Below are positions 63,494-64,000 of a DNA stretch of 64,000 bases, one piece after another. This stretch comes from Lachnospiraceae bacterium (lineage in GTDB: Bacteria > Bacillota > Clostridia > Lachnospirales > Lachnospiraceae). The DNA lies in the NCBI GenBank assembly GCA_017400305.1, contig JAFPTK010000003.1:2724-66723 (forward strand), given 5' to 3'. The notes under the pieces were generated by a model. The model made no database searches, was not told the origin of the DNA, and saw nothing but the letters and a program-made list of their open reading frames with translations. Position 1 is the stretch's first letter. Every line of letters begins with the position of its first letter. The position numbers were made by a program, and so were the translations under genes.

Positions 63494-64000
63494 ACCCCGA
63501 TCTTCTCCGCATGCTCCAGGGTCTCCTCCCAGGAGGTATTGGGGTTGCTGTTGTGCCACACGTCTCCGTGATCATGGAAATGCGCATCCGCCATGTGATC
63601 TCCCAGCTGGCTGTTCCGAATGGGCTCCGCCTTCTGGCAGAGATCCACGCAGGCCTGATCCAGCGCCACCGGATCAAAGGAAGCCAGCATCCCGATATCC
63701 GGCAGGATGGGCGCATCATTCTCCCCGTGGCAGTCACAGTTCGGCGAGACATCGGTGATCAGACTGATGTGGAAGCAGGGTCTGCCGTGCACCACGGCAG
63801 CCGTGTATTCGGCCATCCGCCTGCCGAGCATCTGCGGGGCGTCCCAGTTGTCATTCTCAATGGCGTCAAAGGCACAGGCACCGATGCAGCGGCCGCAGCC
63901 CTTGCACAGTGCGGGATCGATATAGGCTTTGTTCCCTTCGTAACGGATGGCGTCGGAGCCGCACTCCCTGGCACACCGGCGGCATCCCCGGCAAAGCTCG
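63457..64000 (-). CDS. DUF362-family Fe-S protein, 5' part beyond the right edge of the window
   Basis: CRGCRRCAREC and CKGCGRCIGAC; VSPNCDCH, DIGMLASFDPVALDQAC. Confidence 0.9.
   Translation of the reverse strand, partial: ELCRGCRRCARECGSDAIRYEGNKAYIDPALCKGCGRCIGACAFDAIENDNWDAPQMLGRRMAEYTAAVVHGRPCFHISLITDVSPNCDCHGENDAPILPDIGMLASFDPVALDQACVDLCQKAEPIRNSQLGDHMADAHFHDHGDVWHNSNPNTSWEETLEHAEKIGVGSRTYELITMK

Noticed and set aside
1-64000. rRNA or tRNA genes
   Set aside because: Intergenic spaces are short and none shows a cloverleaf or rRNA-like sequence

Overview
High-GC bacterial chromosomal window; the gene repertoire suggests a Firmicute, probably Lachnospiraceae-like (inference). About 50 kb (1-50147) is one co-oriented minus-strand block. 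(i) A contractile injection system (CIS; eCIS/PVC/Afp-like): Pvc16/DUF4255, PAAR-like DUF4280, sheath, two tube proteins, tail chaperone with a likely -1 programmed frameshift, putative tape measure, two tube initiators, split gp27/gp5 spike, gp25, two baseplate J proteins, tail protein I and a Pvc15-like AAA ATPase. No capsid, terminase, integrase or lysis genes are visible. (ii) Co-transcribed upstream is a block of envelope proteins: pseudokinase-TM, membrane pseudo-cyclase, MORN-repeat TM protein, TolC-like exported protein and two large paralogous exported proteins. I infer these may be a trans-envelope anchoring or triggering complex. (iii) Further upstream is an operon with an orphan ABC solute-binding lipoprotein, a Cache-PP2C-HATPase sensor, a GNAT, a chaperone-like protein, a 1186-aa calpain/pseudokinase candidate effector and a SARP-type response regulator. 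Both operon promoters carry the same TGTCATGCTnnTGTCA box exactly 12 nt upstream of a -10 hexamer. The remaining 14 kb is mostly ordinary (Zn-ribbon/TPM pair, CheX-REC, AKR, FIST-GGDEF, GH8, MATE, HD-kinase, MFS, DUF362). It also holds an orphan IS200/IS605 right-end (TnpB omegaRNA-like) element and a small double-glycine Cys-rich peptide. All family assignments come from motif recognition by eye, not database searches.
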